48,442 nucleotides of DNA. It comes from a virus. Lineage: Duplodnaviria > Caudoviricetes. Below, piece by piece: positions 35,575 through 43,466 of the stretch; within the stretch, counting starts at the first letter, position 1; each line of letters begins with the position of its first letter. The position numbers were made by a program, and so were the translations under genes. The stretch covers positions 1 to 48,442 of the IMG/VR virus record IMGVR_UViG_3300033067_001096; one strand, 5' to 3'. The notes beneath the pieces were generated by a model, which worked only from the letters and a program-made list of their open reading frames with translations, did no database searches and was not told the DNA's origin.

Positions 35575-35796
35575 ATGACCGTGCTCGTATGCTACCCGTC
35601 GAAAAAGGTGCTCGCCGCCTCAGTAGGCCACCCGCTGCGGTACCGTGAAACTTCACTGTTCGGCGAAGAGTTCAAGCGCGACGGCACCGTAACGGTTGCC
35701 TACCGCCCCTCTATCTGGCCCTCACAGGTGGCCAAGGGGCGGGAATTTTTCGCCCGTGTCACCATGGCCAACGGAAAAATTGCCAAAGTCGAGTAG
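35575..35796 (+). CDS. Early hypothetical protein
   Basis: AAGGA RBS; YPSKK.L...VG..LRY.ETSLFG.E...G resembles a small phage family. Confidence 0.75.
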   Translation: MTVLVCYPSKKVLAASVGHPLRYRETSLFGEEFKRDGTVTVAYRPSIWPSQVAKGREFFARVTMANGKIAKVE

Positions 35797-35859
35797 CCGA
35801 AACCCGCCCCAAGCGGGTCGCGACCAGACTGACCGCTGGCGCCTGAAGATGGCAGGTCA
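35796..35859 (+). ncRNA. Type II hammerhead ribozyme 2 (predicted cleavage after C35819)
   Basis: GCC-GAAA-[CCCGC..GCGGG]-UC / GCG-A-CCAG ACUGACCG CUGG-CGC / CUGAAGA-U-GGC; 3' GGUCA pairs with loop UGACC. Confidence 0.85.
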
Positions 35860-35876
35860 ACACAAAGGACACCCCC

Positions 35877-36140
35877 ATGGTAGACCACGAAATGATCACC
35901 CTCGACATGGCCGCCACCGAGCGCGCAGCGCTCGCCCCGCCAAGCATGACCGTCTTCGAAGCCACGATGATCGCTGAAGGCTGCTGGGAACTCGCCGGCT
36001 ACGAGCCCGACGAAGAGACCTCAATCGCCGCCTGGCAGCTGCTGATCGACACCGGCGTATGCTGGCAGCTGCAGGGGGCCTTCGGCCGCCAGGCGGTCGC
36101 GCTGATCGAGGCCGGGATTTGCGAGAGGAGGGCGGCATGA
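35877..36140 (+). CDS. Early hypothetical protein
   Basis: AAGGA RBS; AWQ.LIDTG.CWQLQG.FGR.A..LIEAG.C. Confidence 0.75.
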   Translation: MVDHEMITLDMAATERAALAPPSMTVFEATMIAEGCWELAGYEPDEETSIAAWQLLIDTGVCWQLQGAFGRQAVALIEAGICERRAA

Positions 36141-36529
36141 TCGACTACCCTGACGGCTACCGGCCCGGCCCGATCTGCGGCGTGCTCTCCACGGCTATCT
36201 GCGCCGGCGTGTCATTTTACGCCGCCCACGCATGGTTCAAGGCGCGCAAAGGCGCGAAGTGGAAAGGGTCGACAACGGTCTCGGTACGCGACGAGGCGCT
36301 CAAGCACTTCGGAGTGAAATTCGAAACGAAGCGGTGGACGCGCCCCCGCCCTACAGTCAAGACCTTCGCCGCGAAGCACGCGGCTAAGGGGGCCACCTAC
36401 ATGCTTCGCGTTCGTGGTCATGTCGTGACACTGCGCAACGGCTGGGTGTTAGATCAGCACGAACGGGCAGTGGCGTGCCTGCACGACAGGCGAAACTGCA
36501 TCGTCACCCACTCGACGCGCATCCTATAG
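36137..36529 (+). CDS. Early hypothetical protein, possible papain-like Cys-His-Asp fold
   Basis: CGVLSTAI..G.SF..A...F and YMLRVRGHVVTL.NG.VLD; ATGA coupling, GGAGG RBS. Confidence 0.6.
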   Translation: MIDYPDGYRPGPICGVLSTAICAGVSFYAAHAWFKARKGAKWKGSTTVSVRDEALKHFGVKFETKRWTRPRPTVKTFAAKHAAKGATYMLRVRGHVVTLRNGWVLDQHERAVACLHDRRNCIVTHSTRIL

Positions 36530-36597
36530 CCGAAACCCTCGCCCCAAGGCGAGGGTCGCGTGACCGCTGACCGGGTCCGCCTGAAGATGGCAGGTCG
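36529..36597 (+). ncRNA. Type II hammerhead ribozyme 3 (predicted cleavage after C36557)
   Basis: GCC-GAAA-[CCCUCGCC CCAA GGCGAGGG]-UC / GCG-U-GACC GCUGACCG GGUC-CGC / CUGAAGA-U-GGC; 3' GGUCG pairs with loop UGACC. Confidence 0.85.
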
Positions 36598-36614
36598 AAC
36601 AGGAGACGAAACAC

Positions 36615-37367
36615 ATGACCGAAATGCGAGAAGCCAGGATCGTGATGCCGGAGGTGCAAGCGGTCGGGTCGAAGCCCCACGACGCGCTGCGCGCGGCACT
36701 CTGCGAAGCCTTCGGCGGCTTCACCATGACCTACGGCGTCGGCGGCTGGGTCGACGACACCGGAGCGGTTATCCGCGACAACGTCTGCATCTACGACGTG
36801 GCTATGGAGCGTACCCTGGCCAACTACGGGCGGCTGCGGGCCCTCGCGTGCGAGGCGGGACGGGCGCTGGGACAACGGTCGGTGTACCTGCGCTACCCCT
36901 CCGGCTCGACGGCGATCATCAGCCTAGAGCCGTCTGAGACGGCGGAGAAGCCAGACGATGCGAGCGGCGCCACGAGCAGCCTCGGGCATATCGGCGACCT
37001 GTCGAGCGTGCGTGGCGTAGGTCTGCAGGTTACCGAGGAAAGCAAGGCAATCAAAGACGCCCTGCTCTACGGTGCCGGCTTTACGAAGGGCGGCAAGCAC
37101 GTCCCAGTGGCCGGGGTATCCACGAAGCGCCTGCCCCAGGCCGGCGAGATATGGCTGGCCCGGGATGGCCTGACGGTCGTCGCGGTTCTGAAGCAGGCTA
37201 CCCTCCTCGACGGCGGCTTCGACTGCGTAACGCTCACGAGGGGCTCCACGGCGCTCAAGGAGGGCTATCAGATCGTCGTCGACCTGGACGGCCGCTACAT
37301 CCGTGGAGTGCCGCAGGAGAGCCACCCGCTGGACTTGGTAACGTACCGGTCCATCTTCCTCGCCTGA
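36615..37367 (+). CDS. Early hypothetical protein (N-terminal DUF3574-like alpha/beta domain plus a C-terminal domain)
   Basis: AGGAG RBS; FGGFT...G.GGW.D..G.V..D....YDVA...Q.SVY. Confidence 0.65.
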   Translation: MTEMREARIVMPEVQAVGSKPHDALRAALCEAFGGFTMTYGVGGWVDDTGAVIRDNVCIYDVAMERTLANYGRLRALACEAGRALGQRSVYLRYPSGSTAIISLEPSETAEKPDDASGATSSLGHIGDLSSVRGVGLQVTEESKAIKDALLYGAGFTKGGKHVPVAGVSTKRLPQAGEIWLARDGLTVVAVLKQATLLDGGFDCVTLTRGSTALKEGYQIVVDLDGRYIRGVPQESHPLDLVTYRSIFLA

Positions 37368-37385
37368 CCGCTCCACCCTGACGAC

Positions 37386-37414
37386 AGCCCCGCCGGCAAC
37401 GGCGGGGCTTTTTT
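37386..37414 (+). terminator. Intrinsic terminator ending the early operon
   Basis: AGCCCCGCCG-GCAA-CGGCGGGGCT followed by a T run. Confidence 0.9.
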
Positions 37415-37417
37415 CGT

Positions 37418-37606
37418 TCAGGGACGCCGCGCGGCGAGGGCGGCGTCCGCGATCGCGTAGGCCATCTCGGCCAGCCTGGCCGGGGGTGAACTCCCCACCA
37501 CGCGGCTGCCGGCCAGGCCGGTCAGCACAGCGTTGGCGGCCGCGTCGCGCACCTTGACGCGGCCGGTTAGGCTCTCGGCGTCAATCGTGTCTCGCATCGT
37601 GGGCAT
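37418..37606 (-). CDS. Hypothetical protein
   Basis: GGAG RBS; RD.AA..VL.GL.....A..AYAIADA.LAAR is a common small phage protein pattern. Confidence 0.6.
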   Translation of the reverse strand: MPTMRDTIDAESLTGRVKVRDAAANAVLTGLAGSRVVGSSPPARLAEMAYAIADAALAARRP

Positions 37607-37627
37607 GGTCGCGTCTCCGGTTTTCGA

Positions 37628-37880
37628 GGTGTAGTCGGTAGTGGTGTAGTCGGTGTTTCCACAAGCCCCATATATATAGGAAGGATATAGAAACGGATTA
37701 TATCTATCTCTTACGTTACAGGTATATTATTGACTACACTACTACACTTATCGTTAGAACGTAAGGTTTTTCAACTGGTTGGCTCTGTAGCCGGTAGCTG
37801 TAGTCACGTTTTTGGCGTAGCCGCACGACTACGCAACTCGATGACGGCGCTCCCGAGGCGCTCCATCGGTGGTGTAGTCA
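37628..37880. other. Putative replication origin
   Basis: Repeated GTGTAGTC/GACTACAC and GTAGCC units in both orientations around a very AT-rich core (about 37670-37732), right at the end of the primase gene. Confidence 0.6.
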
Positions 37881-40227
37881 GCGCCTTGTTCTTCAGCACC
37901 TCCTCGCGTAGGCGCTCGTCGAGCTGCCACCTGGCAGCCGCAGCGCGGCTGACCGCGTAGACGGCCGAGCGCTTCCCGTCGATCAGCGGCTGCCAGTTTA
38001 CGCCCTTCGGCACCCCGACGCGGTGCCCGCGCTTCGCTGCCTCGCGCTTGGCGATGTCTCTCCAGCGCTGCATGTCGGCGAACCCGAGATCGTACTCGCG
38101 CGCCTTGTCGGCCATGATCGTGGCCACTTGATCGGTCGTGTAGACGTCGGACGCGAGCGCCTCGAAGGCGAGATCGAGCCCCCGGTCCAGGTCGCTCTTC
38201 GACGCGTCCACCATGGCGCGCTTGCCTTCCGTCATCGGCGGCGCCACGTAGGGTGAGTAGCCGGCCAGGTCGACGGCGAGCAACTCGGCAGCGAACGCGG
38301 TGATGTTGGCGTCGTCGGCCATCCACGCCCGCATGTCCTCCCAGTACTCCGCCTCGCGCGGCTCTCCCGATGTGATTACCGCGAAGCGGCGATCCTCGGC
38401 CGGGATCGGCAGCGCGTCGGCGTGGTTCGACGCGATGATGTAGGAGGCGCAGGCCATGGCCGTGAAGGCGGACCCCTTCTTCGAGATGAAGGTGCGCTCG
38501 ACCATGTTCGGCTCGATCAGTGATTTCAGGTGCTCGTAGGTGTTGTGCTTCGTCTGGTAGGCAGAGCTGCCGCTCCCCGTCTCGGAGCTCTCCGACACGA
38601 CGATCATCAGCTTGTCGGCCGCCCAGTCGGTGTATTGCGACTGATAGGTGCGCCCGGCGACCATGGCGTAGGGCATCTCGCGGACGTAGCCGGCGCCGAA
38701 CAGGCGCTGCATCAGGGAGGCGAGCGTGCCACGGCCGGTCCCAAACCGGCCGTGCGCCACCAGGACGACCGCAGGGCCGGGTACGTGCGGGTGGCGGTAC
38801 TTGTAGGCGAGCCACTGCATCAGCCAGGCGCGCTCCCCCTCGTCGGGGGCGATCTGTGCCATGAAGTCCATTCCGAGCGTGGCAGACCCGCCCACGGCCT
38901 CGTGTGACGGCGGCGCGTAGCAGTTCACCCACACCGCGCCGCCCTCTTCGAAGGTCGGCCGTGGCTTGTCGGGGCGCATGCGCACGCCGCGCACCGCGAC
39001 CCGCTTCTCGGACGAGGCCCAGATGTCGACCGGGTTGACGGTCTTCGTCCCGCCCTTCGGCCCGAGTTCCTTGTCACAGTTGGGCAGCATGAGCGTGCGG
39101 AAGGACATCATGTTGATGCCGTCTTCCATCGACGTCGCGTAGAGCGGCACGACGCTATCGCGCAGGTGCGGGCAGAAGGCGTACGTCGCCAGCAACTTGG
39201 TTGCCGCCACCGTGGCACCGTCGGAAGGTCGCACCACGTTGCGCCGCTTCTCGTCGATCTCCTTCAGCCGCTCGGCGATCCGGTCTATCTCGACCGTGTA
39301 GTCGCGCGGCTTGGCCGAGGCCTCCGAGTGCGTCAGCCCCGTCATGCTGTCCCACACCGTCAGGTTGCCGGCGCGGGACGTTCCGATTATGCAGCGATCG
39401 GTGCGCCGACCGGTGTCGTCGAAGGGCTGGGCGCTGCAGCGGAGCGAGCCTTCATCGCCAGCGTGCGCTGCCGCCAGTTCTCGCAGCTCGAGCAGGGACA
39501 CTCGTTCACCGGTATTGAGGTCGAACGACATATCTCCGGTGAGATCGTAGACGCGGACGGCATCGCTTTCTCCTTTCTGGGATTTTTCGACGGGGCTCCA
39601 GCCGGCTGCCCGCAGCTCGGCTTCGGCGGCGTCGACGATAGCGAAAAATTGCGCCTTCGTCAATACGGGGAGTTCTGATTTTGGTGTGTCAGCCGGCGAG
39701 GGGCCTTGCCAAGCATACCGGATTGCAGCCCGACCATCATCCATGACGGTATGCGGGCCGAAGGACCCAAATTGACGGGCCACGGCGCCGCCGAAGATTT
39801 CAACACGATGCGCCCCCGCATCCACATCGTCACCAGGCCGCACCCACGCGCGACTGTGTATGCGGCTGAAGGTCTCGTCGGTCCTGACGAACCAAGCCTC
39901 CTTCGCTCCCTTGCCGCGTCTAACGAGAAGAGGGACATTTTCATCCTCCAGGGTTGGGCACACGTCCAGTATGCGGTTGGCGATGCGGTCGACCAGCTCC
40001 CGGTCGTCGACGTCGATGTCGATCACGGCAAGCCCGTCCTCGACACGGATGCCGGTGGCCTTGTCGCGGCTGAAGCGCCGTGACCACCGCCTGATCTCGG
40101 CCTCGTCGATCTCGGCGCTCGGCCACCCCTTCATGAAGGTGCGCTTGTCGCGGTTGCGGATCGGCGTGTAGCCGTTGGCGAGCACTTGCAGACGCAGCCG
40201 CTCTACGCTATCAATTTCGTTGTCCAC
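37804..40227 (-). CDS. Primase-polymerase (Prim-Pol) fused to a DUF5906/D5-like helicase domain
   Basis: NGYTPI...K...KGW, TGI....LAVIDIDVDD; WL.QWLA...HP..PG.AVVL...GTGRGT, SNH.DAL.I..EDRRF. Confidence 0.85.
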   Translation of the reverse strand: MDNEIDSVERLRLQVLANGYTPIRNRDKRTFMKGWPSAEIDEAEIRRWSRRFSRDKATGIRVEDGLAVIDIDVDDRELVDRIANRILDVCPTLEDENVPLLVRRGKGAKEAWFVRTDETFSRIHSRAWVRPGDDVDAGAHRVEIFGGAVARQFGSFGPHTVMDDGRAAIRYAWQGPSPADTPKSELPVLTKAQFFAIVDAAEAELRAAGWSPVEKSQKGESDAVRVYDLTGDMSFDLNTGERVSLLELRELAAAHAGDEGSLRCSAQPFDDTGRRTDRCIIGTSRAGNLTVWDSMTGLTHSEASAKPRDYTVEIDRIAERLKEIDEKRRNVVRPSDGATVAATKLLATYAFCPHLRDSVVPLYATSMEDGINMMSFRTLMLPNCDKELGPKGGTKTVNPVDIWASSEKRVAVRGVRMRPDKPRPTFEEGGAVWVNCYAPPSHEAVGGSATLGMDFMAQIAPDEGERAWLMQWLAYKYRHPHVPGPAVVLVAHGRFGTGRGTLASLMQRLFGAGYVREMPYAMVAGRTYQSQYTDWAADKLMIVVSESSETGSGSSAYQTKHNTYEHLKSLIEPNMVERTFISKKGSAFTAMACASYIIASNHADALPIPAEDRRFAVITSGEPREAEYWEDMRAWMADDANITAFAAELLAVDLAGYSPYVAPPMTEGKRAMVDASKSDLDRGLDLAFEALASDVYTTDQVATIMADKAREYDLGFADMQRWRDIAKREAAKRGHRVGVPKGVNWQPLIDGKRSAVYAVSRAAAARWQLDERLREEVLKNKALTTPPMERLGSAVIELRSRAATPKT

Positions 40228-40258
40228 GGGTTTCCTGATCCTTTGGGCATGGGGTAGG

Positions 40259-40933
40259 TCAGAGGCCGGCGTGAGCGCCGGCCTCTTTCTTTTTCACTGT
40301 TTCGTCATCAGCGACAGCCACGCATGGCCGCCGATGAACCGTACACAGACCTGGCGGATGCCGCCGCGCGTAGCGCACGAAGATCGTGTTGGCGACGTCG
40401 ACGCCGGTCGCCACCAGCACGGGCAGGATGCCCTGCATCTCGACACGAAGCTCCGCTTCGCGGTCGACGTCAAGGTCCCCCCCGCAAAAGTCTCCAGGTG
40501 GTAGCAGGCCTCGAGCGTCGGCCATGCCCACCCCACCGACTTCCACATCACCGGCCTCGGTGCTTCCTCCGGTAGCTGCTCGTAACCTGTCTGTCGCACG
40601 TCCGCCTCCGTGTTCCGCGATCCACCCCCTGACCAGCACGGCGAGCGCCGTGACGTGCTCGGCACGCCGGTCGCCGCGATGCAGGAGAACCCTAGCCCAT
40701 TGCACGAAGTCGCGCAGCCCCTGGTCGGCGTTGCAGCCCTTGCACATGAACACGTAGGCGCTGTAGTCGCCACCACGGCTGACCGGATGGTCGTGCCCGC
40801 GCGACTTCGTCGAGCGTGGCTCGGGGCGCCCAGACTTCAATTTCTTCGGCGACGTCATGCCGTTCAGGCACGCCGGGCACTGGCGCGGCTTGTAGCGGCT
40901 GGCGACGAACTCACTGACCCTCAGAAAGCGCAC
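40259..40933 (-). CDS. HNH endonuclease-like protein (3' end uncertain; overlaps the next ORF)
   Basis: CPAC ... HDHPVSRGG......MCKGCN..QG; GTG start after GGAGG. Confidence 0.55.
   Translation of the reverse strand: MRFLRVSEFVASRYKPRQCPACLNGMTSPKKLKSGRPEPRSTKSRGHDHPVSRGGDYSAYVFMCKGCNADQGLRDFVQWARVLLHRGDRRAEHVTALAVLVRGWIAEHGGGRATDRLRAATGGSTEAGDVEVGGVGMADARGLLPPGDFCGGDLDVDREAELRVEMQGILPVLVATGVDVANTIFVRYARRHPPGLCTVHRRPCVAVADDETVKKKEAGAHAGL
40294..40599 (-). CDS. Hypothetical protein, possibly frameshift-disrupted
   Basis: GTG start after GGAGG; the middle section reads better in the overlapping frame. Confidence 0.35.
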   Translation of the reverse strand: MRQTGYEQLPEEAPRPVMWKSVGWAWPTLEACYHLETFAGGTLTSTAKRSFVSRCRASCPCWWRPASTSPTRSSCATRGGIRQVCVRFIGGHAWLSLMTKQ

Positions 40934-41126
40934 TGCGAGCCTCCTCGGTTCCTTGTAGCTGGTCAAGCCAGCAGCGCAGGGAGTATTCCCACTGATCGAC
41001 GGGGGTGTGGCCGCAGGACATCGGGTCGGGATGCCCGTTCATTGGCTCGCCGCAGCAGCATACGCCGCTGGACACGGGGGCGCTTTTAACAAACTCTATG
41101 AACTCTTTTACGTCAGTCTCGCGCAT
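40911..41126 (-). CDS. Hypothetical Cys/His-containing protein
   Basis: AAGGA RBS; CCCG...H....CGH. Confidence 0.5.
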   Translation of the reverse strand: MRETDVKEFIEFVKSAPVSSGVCCCGEPMNGHPDPMSCGHTPVDQWEYSLRCWLDQLQGTEEARSALSEGQ

Positions 41127-41490
41127 CGCTCTGTCCTTTCCTGACCAGCTTCAACTCGTAGCCGAGCGCGTCGGCCAGCGCCTCGAGCGACCGAAGCGAC
41201 GGATCCATCTTGCCCGTGCGCCACACCGACAGGCTGTTATGGGCCAGCTTTACGTAGTCGGCGACGTCCGCCGCCGTCCAGCCGCGCTCCGTCACCAGGT
41301 CGATCAGGTGGCGCACGACGGGCGTGCCGGCGCGGTTCTCGCCGCGGCGGTGCGTACCGCCGCGCTTGTTCGACAGCACAAGGCGCGCCGGCGGCGCCCC
41401 GCAGTTGGTGCAGGGCCTCGTCGTGCCCAGCGGGCGCCGCGTGAAATACTTGCAGGCGCCGCAGCGGTAGCCTCTCTTCTCGACCATCAC
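41113..41490 (-). CDS. Zn-ribbon + XRE-family HTH regulator
   Basis: CGAC...CTNCG, then L...RGWT..DVA.......LS.WRTG...PSL..LE.LADALG. Confidence 0.75.
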   Translation of the reverse strand: MMVEKRGYRCGACKYFTRRPLGTTRPCTNCGAPPARLVLSNKRGGTHRRGENRAGTPVVRHLIDLVTERGWTAADVADYVKLAHNSLSVWRTGKMDPSLRSLEALADALGYELKLVRKGQSDARD

Positions 41491-41753
41491 TGTTCTCCGA
41501 GAGGGCTGGCGGAAAGCGTGGCGCGGTAGGCTGCTTGACAGTCAGCATGGCTTTTTACCAGATACGATTCGACTGCCAGCAGAGGACGCAAAATGTCTGC
41601 CCTCCGCTGCAATTTACGGGTATGATGAGGGTTGATCATTGGCGCGTATCTGCCATTAAGACGCGCAATCTGCGCTCTGACGTTAATCAGGGCGTGTGCA
41701 AACCCGTCCACGGCCCCGAGCATTCGTGATGCGGCATCCAGTTCCTGGCTCAT
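41487..41753 (-). CDS. Hypothetical protein (MSQELD...)
   Basis: AAGGAG RBS, ATGA coupling. Confidence 0.55.
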   Translation of the reverse strand: MSQELDAASRMLGAVDGFAHALINVRAQIARLNGRYAPMINPHHTRKLQRRADILRPLLAVESYLVKSHADCQAAYRATLSASPLGEQ

Positions 41754-42094
41754 GATGGCTCCTTGGTCAGGGCGGCGCGCATTTCTCTGGACAGAGTTTG
41801 CAGCGCCTCCGTCAACCTTCCCACTTGCGCGAGGAGGGTGTCTCGTTCTGCTTCGGCGGCGATGGCGCGCTCCATCATGTCGCCAACGTCCTTGTGCCGT
41901 CGCAGATAGTCGGCCTTGTAGTCATCGCGTTCCCGTCCTAGACGCTCATTGTCTGCGCGAAGGGTGGCGAGTTCGCCGCGGCAATCAATGAGAAGGTCGC
42001 GCACCGCGTCATGGTTCGCCATTTCAGGATTGAACAAGCCGCCCAAGGACAAGTAGCTTGTGATCCTCGCTTCCAGTTCCACCGCCCCGCTCAC
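41750..42094 (-). CDS. Hypothetical coiled-coil protein
   Basis: GTGA coupling; RIT.YL..GGLFNPE.ANHDAVRDLLIDCR motif. Confidence 0.55.
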   Translation of the reverse strand: MSGAVELEARITSYLSLGGLFNPEMANHDAVRDLLIDCRGELATLRADNERLGRERDDYKADYLRRHKDVGDMMERAIAAEAERDTLLAQVGRLTEALQTLSREMRAALTKEPS

Positions 42095-42540
42095 GGCTGC
42101 ACCGAGGGTGTGAGAGCGGAACGGAGGGCGAGGTCGCAAATGTCTGCGATCCTCATGCGGCTTTGCGTGACTGCCATGTCCGAGTTCCAGTTTGGAGCGC
42201 GATCGCCGACGACAAGCGCCTTCACACGTTCCAGCGCCGCGATCAGATCGTCTTCCGGCCCCTTCGTTGGCGGGACTGGTGGGGTGGTGGACAGATCAGT
42301 TCCGCAAAACACGCCGCATTTCAGACAAGCCAGACGCCAGTCGTGACTAGGATGGTCGTGGGCCTCGTTTTCGCACGCCACCGGCTGTACGGGCAGGGAG
42401 AGGGCGGACAGGGCGGCGCGCAAGCGAGACGCAGCATCGTACCAGAAATGGCGAGGGGACACGCATTCCCACAGACCGCCTTGATGCTGGTAAAGCGCCC
42501 GATAGATCATCTCGCCGAGCATCTCATCACTTATCTGCAT
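42091..42540 (-). CDS. Hypothetical protein (MQISDE...)
   Basis: AAGGAGG RBS. Confidence 0.55.
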   Translation of the reverse strand: MQISDEMLGEMIYRALYQHQGGLWECVSPRHFWYDAASRLRAALSALSLPVQPVACENEAHDHPSHDWRLACLKCGVFCGTDLSTTPPVPPTKGPEDDLIAALERVKALVVGDRAPNWNSDMAVTQSRMRIADICDLALRSALTPSVQP

Positions 42541-42554
42541 TGGTCGTGTCCTCC

Positions 42555-42782
42555 TTAAACCTTCGCCTTCGTGTAAGCCCAGAACGATGAGATCTCCGCC
42601 TTCAGCGGCAACCCCTCGTCCCACTCGTCGTTCTTTTCCATCACCCCGAGCAGCGCTCCGCGCGCCTCCTTCTCGTAGCCCTCGAAGGGCTCGGTGACGA
42701 TCTCGTCATGGGTGTGCATGACGACCGGGATGAAGTCGCTGTAGCGGCGCCAGGAGCGGTAGCCCCGCTTCTCGGTCATCAC
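42555..42782 (-). pseudogene. Chimeric ORF: first codons of the HTH gene fused to a diverged copy of the DNA polymerase C-terminus (includes motif C)
   Basis: RSWRRY..F.P.VMHTHDEIVTEPFE.YEKEAR..LL..ME.NDEWDEGLPLKAEI.SFWAYTKAKV shared with 43467-43673; MMTEKRGYR matches MMVEKRGYR at 41490. Confidence 0.75.
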
Positions 42783-43150
42783 CGGCCCCCCTTCGCGCTG
42801 TTGGCGCTCGACGCGCCGCCCAGCTTGCCGGCGAGCTCGCGCGCCTGGCGGATCGCCTCGCGCTGCGCCTCTTCGCGGGTGAGCTGCTTCGGCTCCGGCC
42901 GTGGCTCGTAGGGCTCGCTGGCGTGCAGGAGAGGCACGGCGAGCAGGAGCACGATGATGGTGAGCATGACGTATGTGGCGGTTTTCATGGTGGCTCCTTG
43001 GGGTGGGGGGCGCGGGCCGTCGGCGGCACGGACTACGGCTAGGGCGGCACGGGTGATTTCCGCCGCGTCGCCGAAATCAAGAAACACGCTGCGTCGGCGC
43101 GCTGCATCGTCAACAGCAAGCGCAACCTTCTCCTCCAACTCCTGGCTCAT
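42779..43150 (-). CDS. Hypothetical protein (MSQELEE...), with a probable internal restart at 42988 giving a signal-peptide/TM protein
   Basis: Two CAAGGAGCCAYCATG starts in the same frame. Confidence 0.5.
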   Translation of the reverse strand: MSQELEEKVALAVDDAARRRSVFLDFGDAAEITRAALAVVRAADGPRPPPQGATMKTATYVMLTIIVLLLAVPLLHASEPYEPRPEPKQLTREEAQREAIRQARELAGKLGGASSANSAKGGR

Positions 43151-43455
43151 GATGGCTCCTTGGTAAGGGCGGCGCGGGCGAGGAGGGAGCGAAACGCTTC
43201 AATGGCTCGGCCTAATGGGTCTTTGCTGTTCCATGGCGGTATTCCTCCGCCCCGGAGACAAATCTGACGATGTGTTTCGAGCGCCCCAAGCAACTTGCTC
43301 AACGCATCCAACAGATCGTCTTCCTCGTGCGGCAGCGGGGCGGGCGGGGATGCGTAGATGGCGGCACGCAAAGCCCCATCAATGTTGCTTCCGCCTCGGA
43401 TGGCCTCCTCATAGGCCGATCGAACCAGCGCAATCTGTTCATCCGTGATCTGCAT
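43147..43455 (-). CDS. Hypothetical protein (MQITDE...)
   Basis: AAGGAG RBS after the polymerase stop. Confidence 0.55.
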   Translation of the reverse strand: MQITDEQIALVRSAYEEAIRGGSNIDGALRAAIYASPPAPLPHEEDDLLDALSKLLGALETHRQICLRGGGIPPWNSKDPLGRAIEAFRSLLARAALTKEPS

Positions 43456-43466
43456 CAGTGTTCTCC

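Noticed and set aside
35491-36597. CRISPR-like or simple direct repeats
   Set aside because: Copies are separated by whole genes and conserve structure rather than sequence; they fit hammerhead ribozymes
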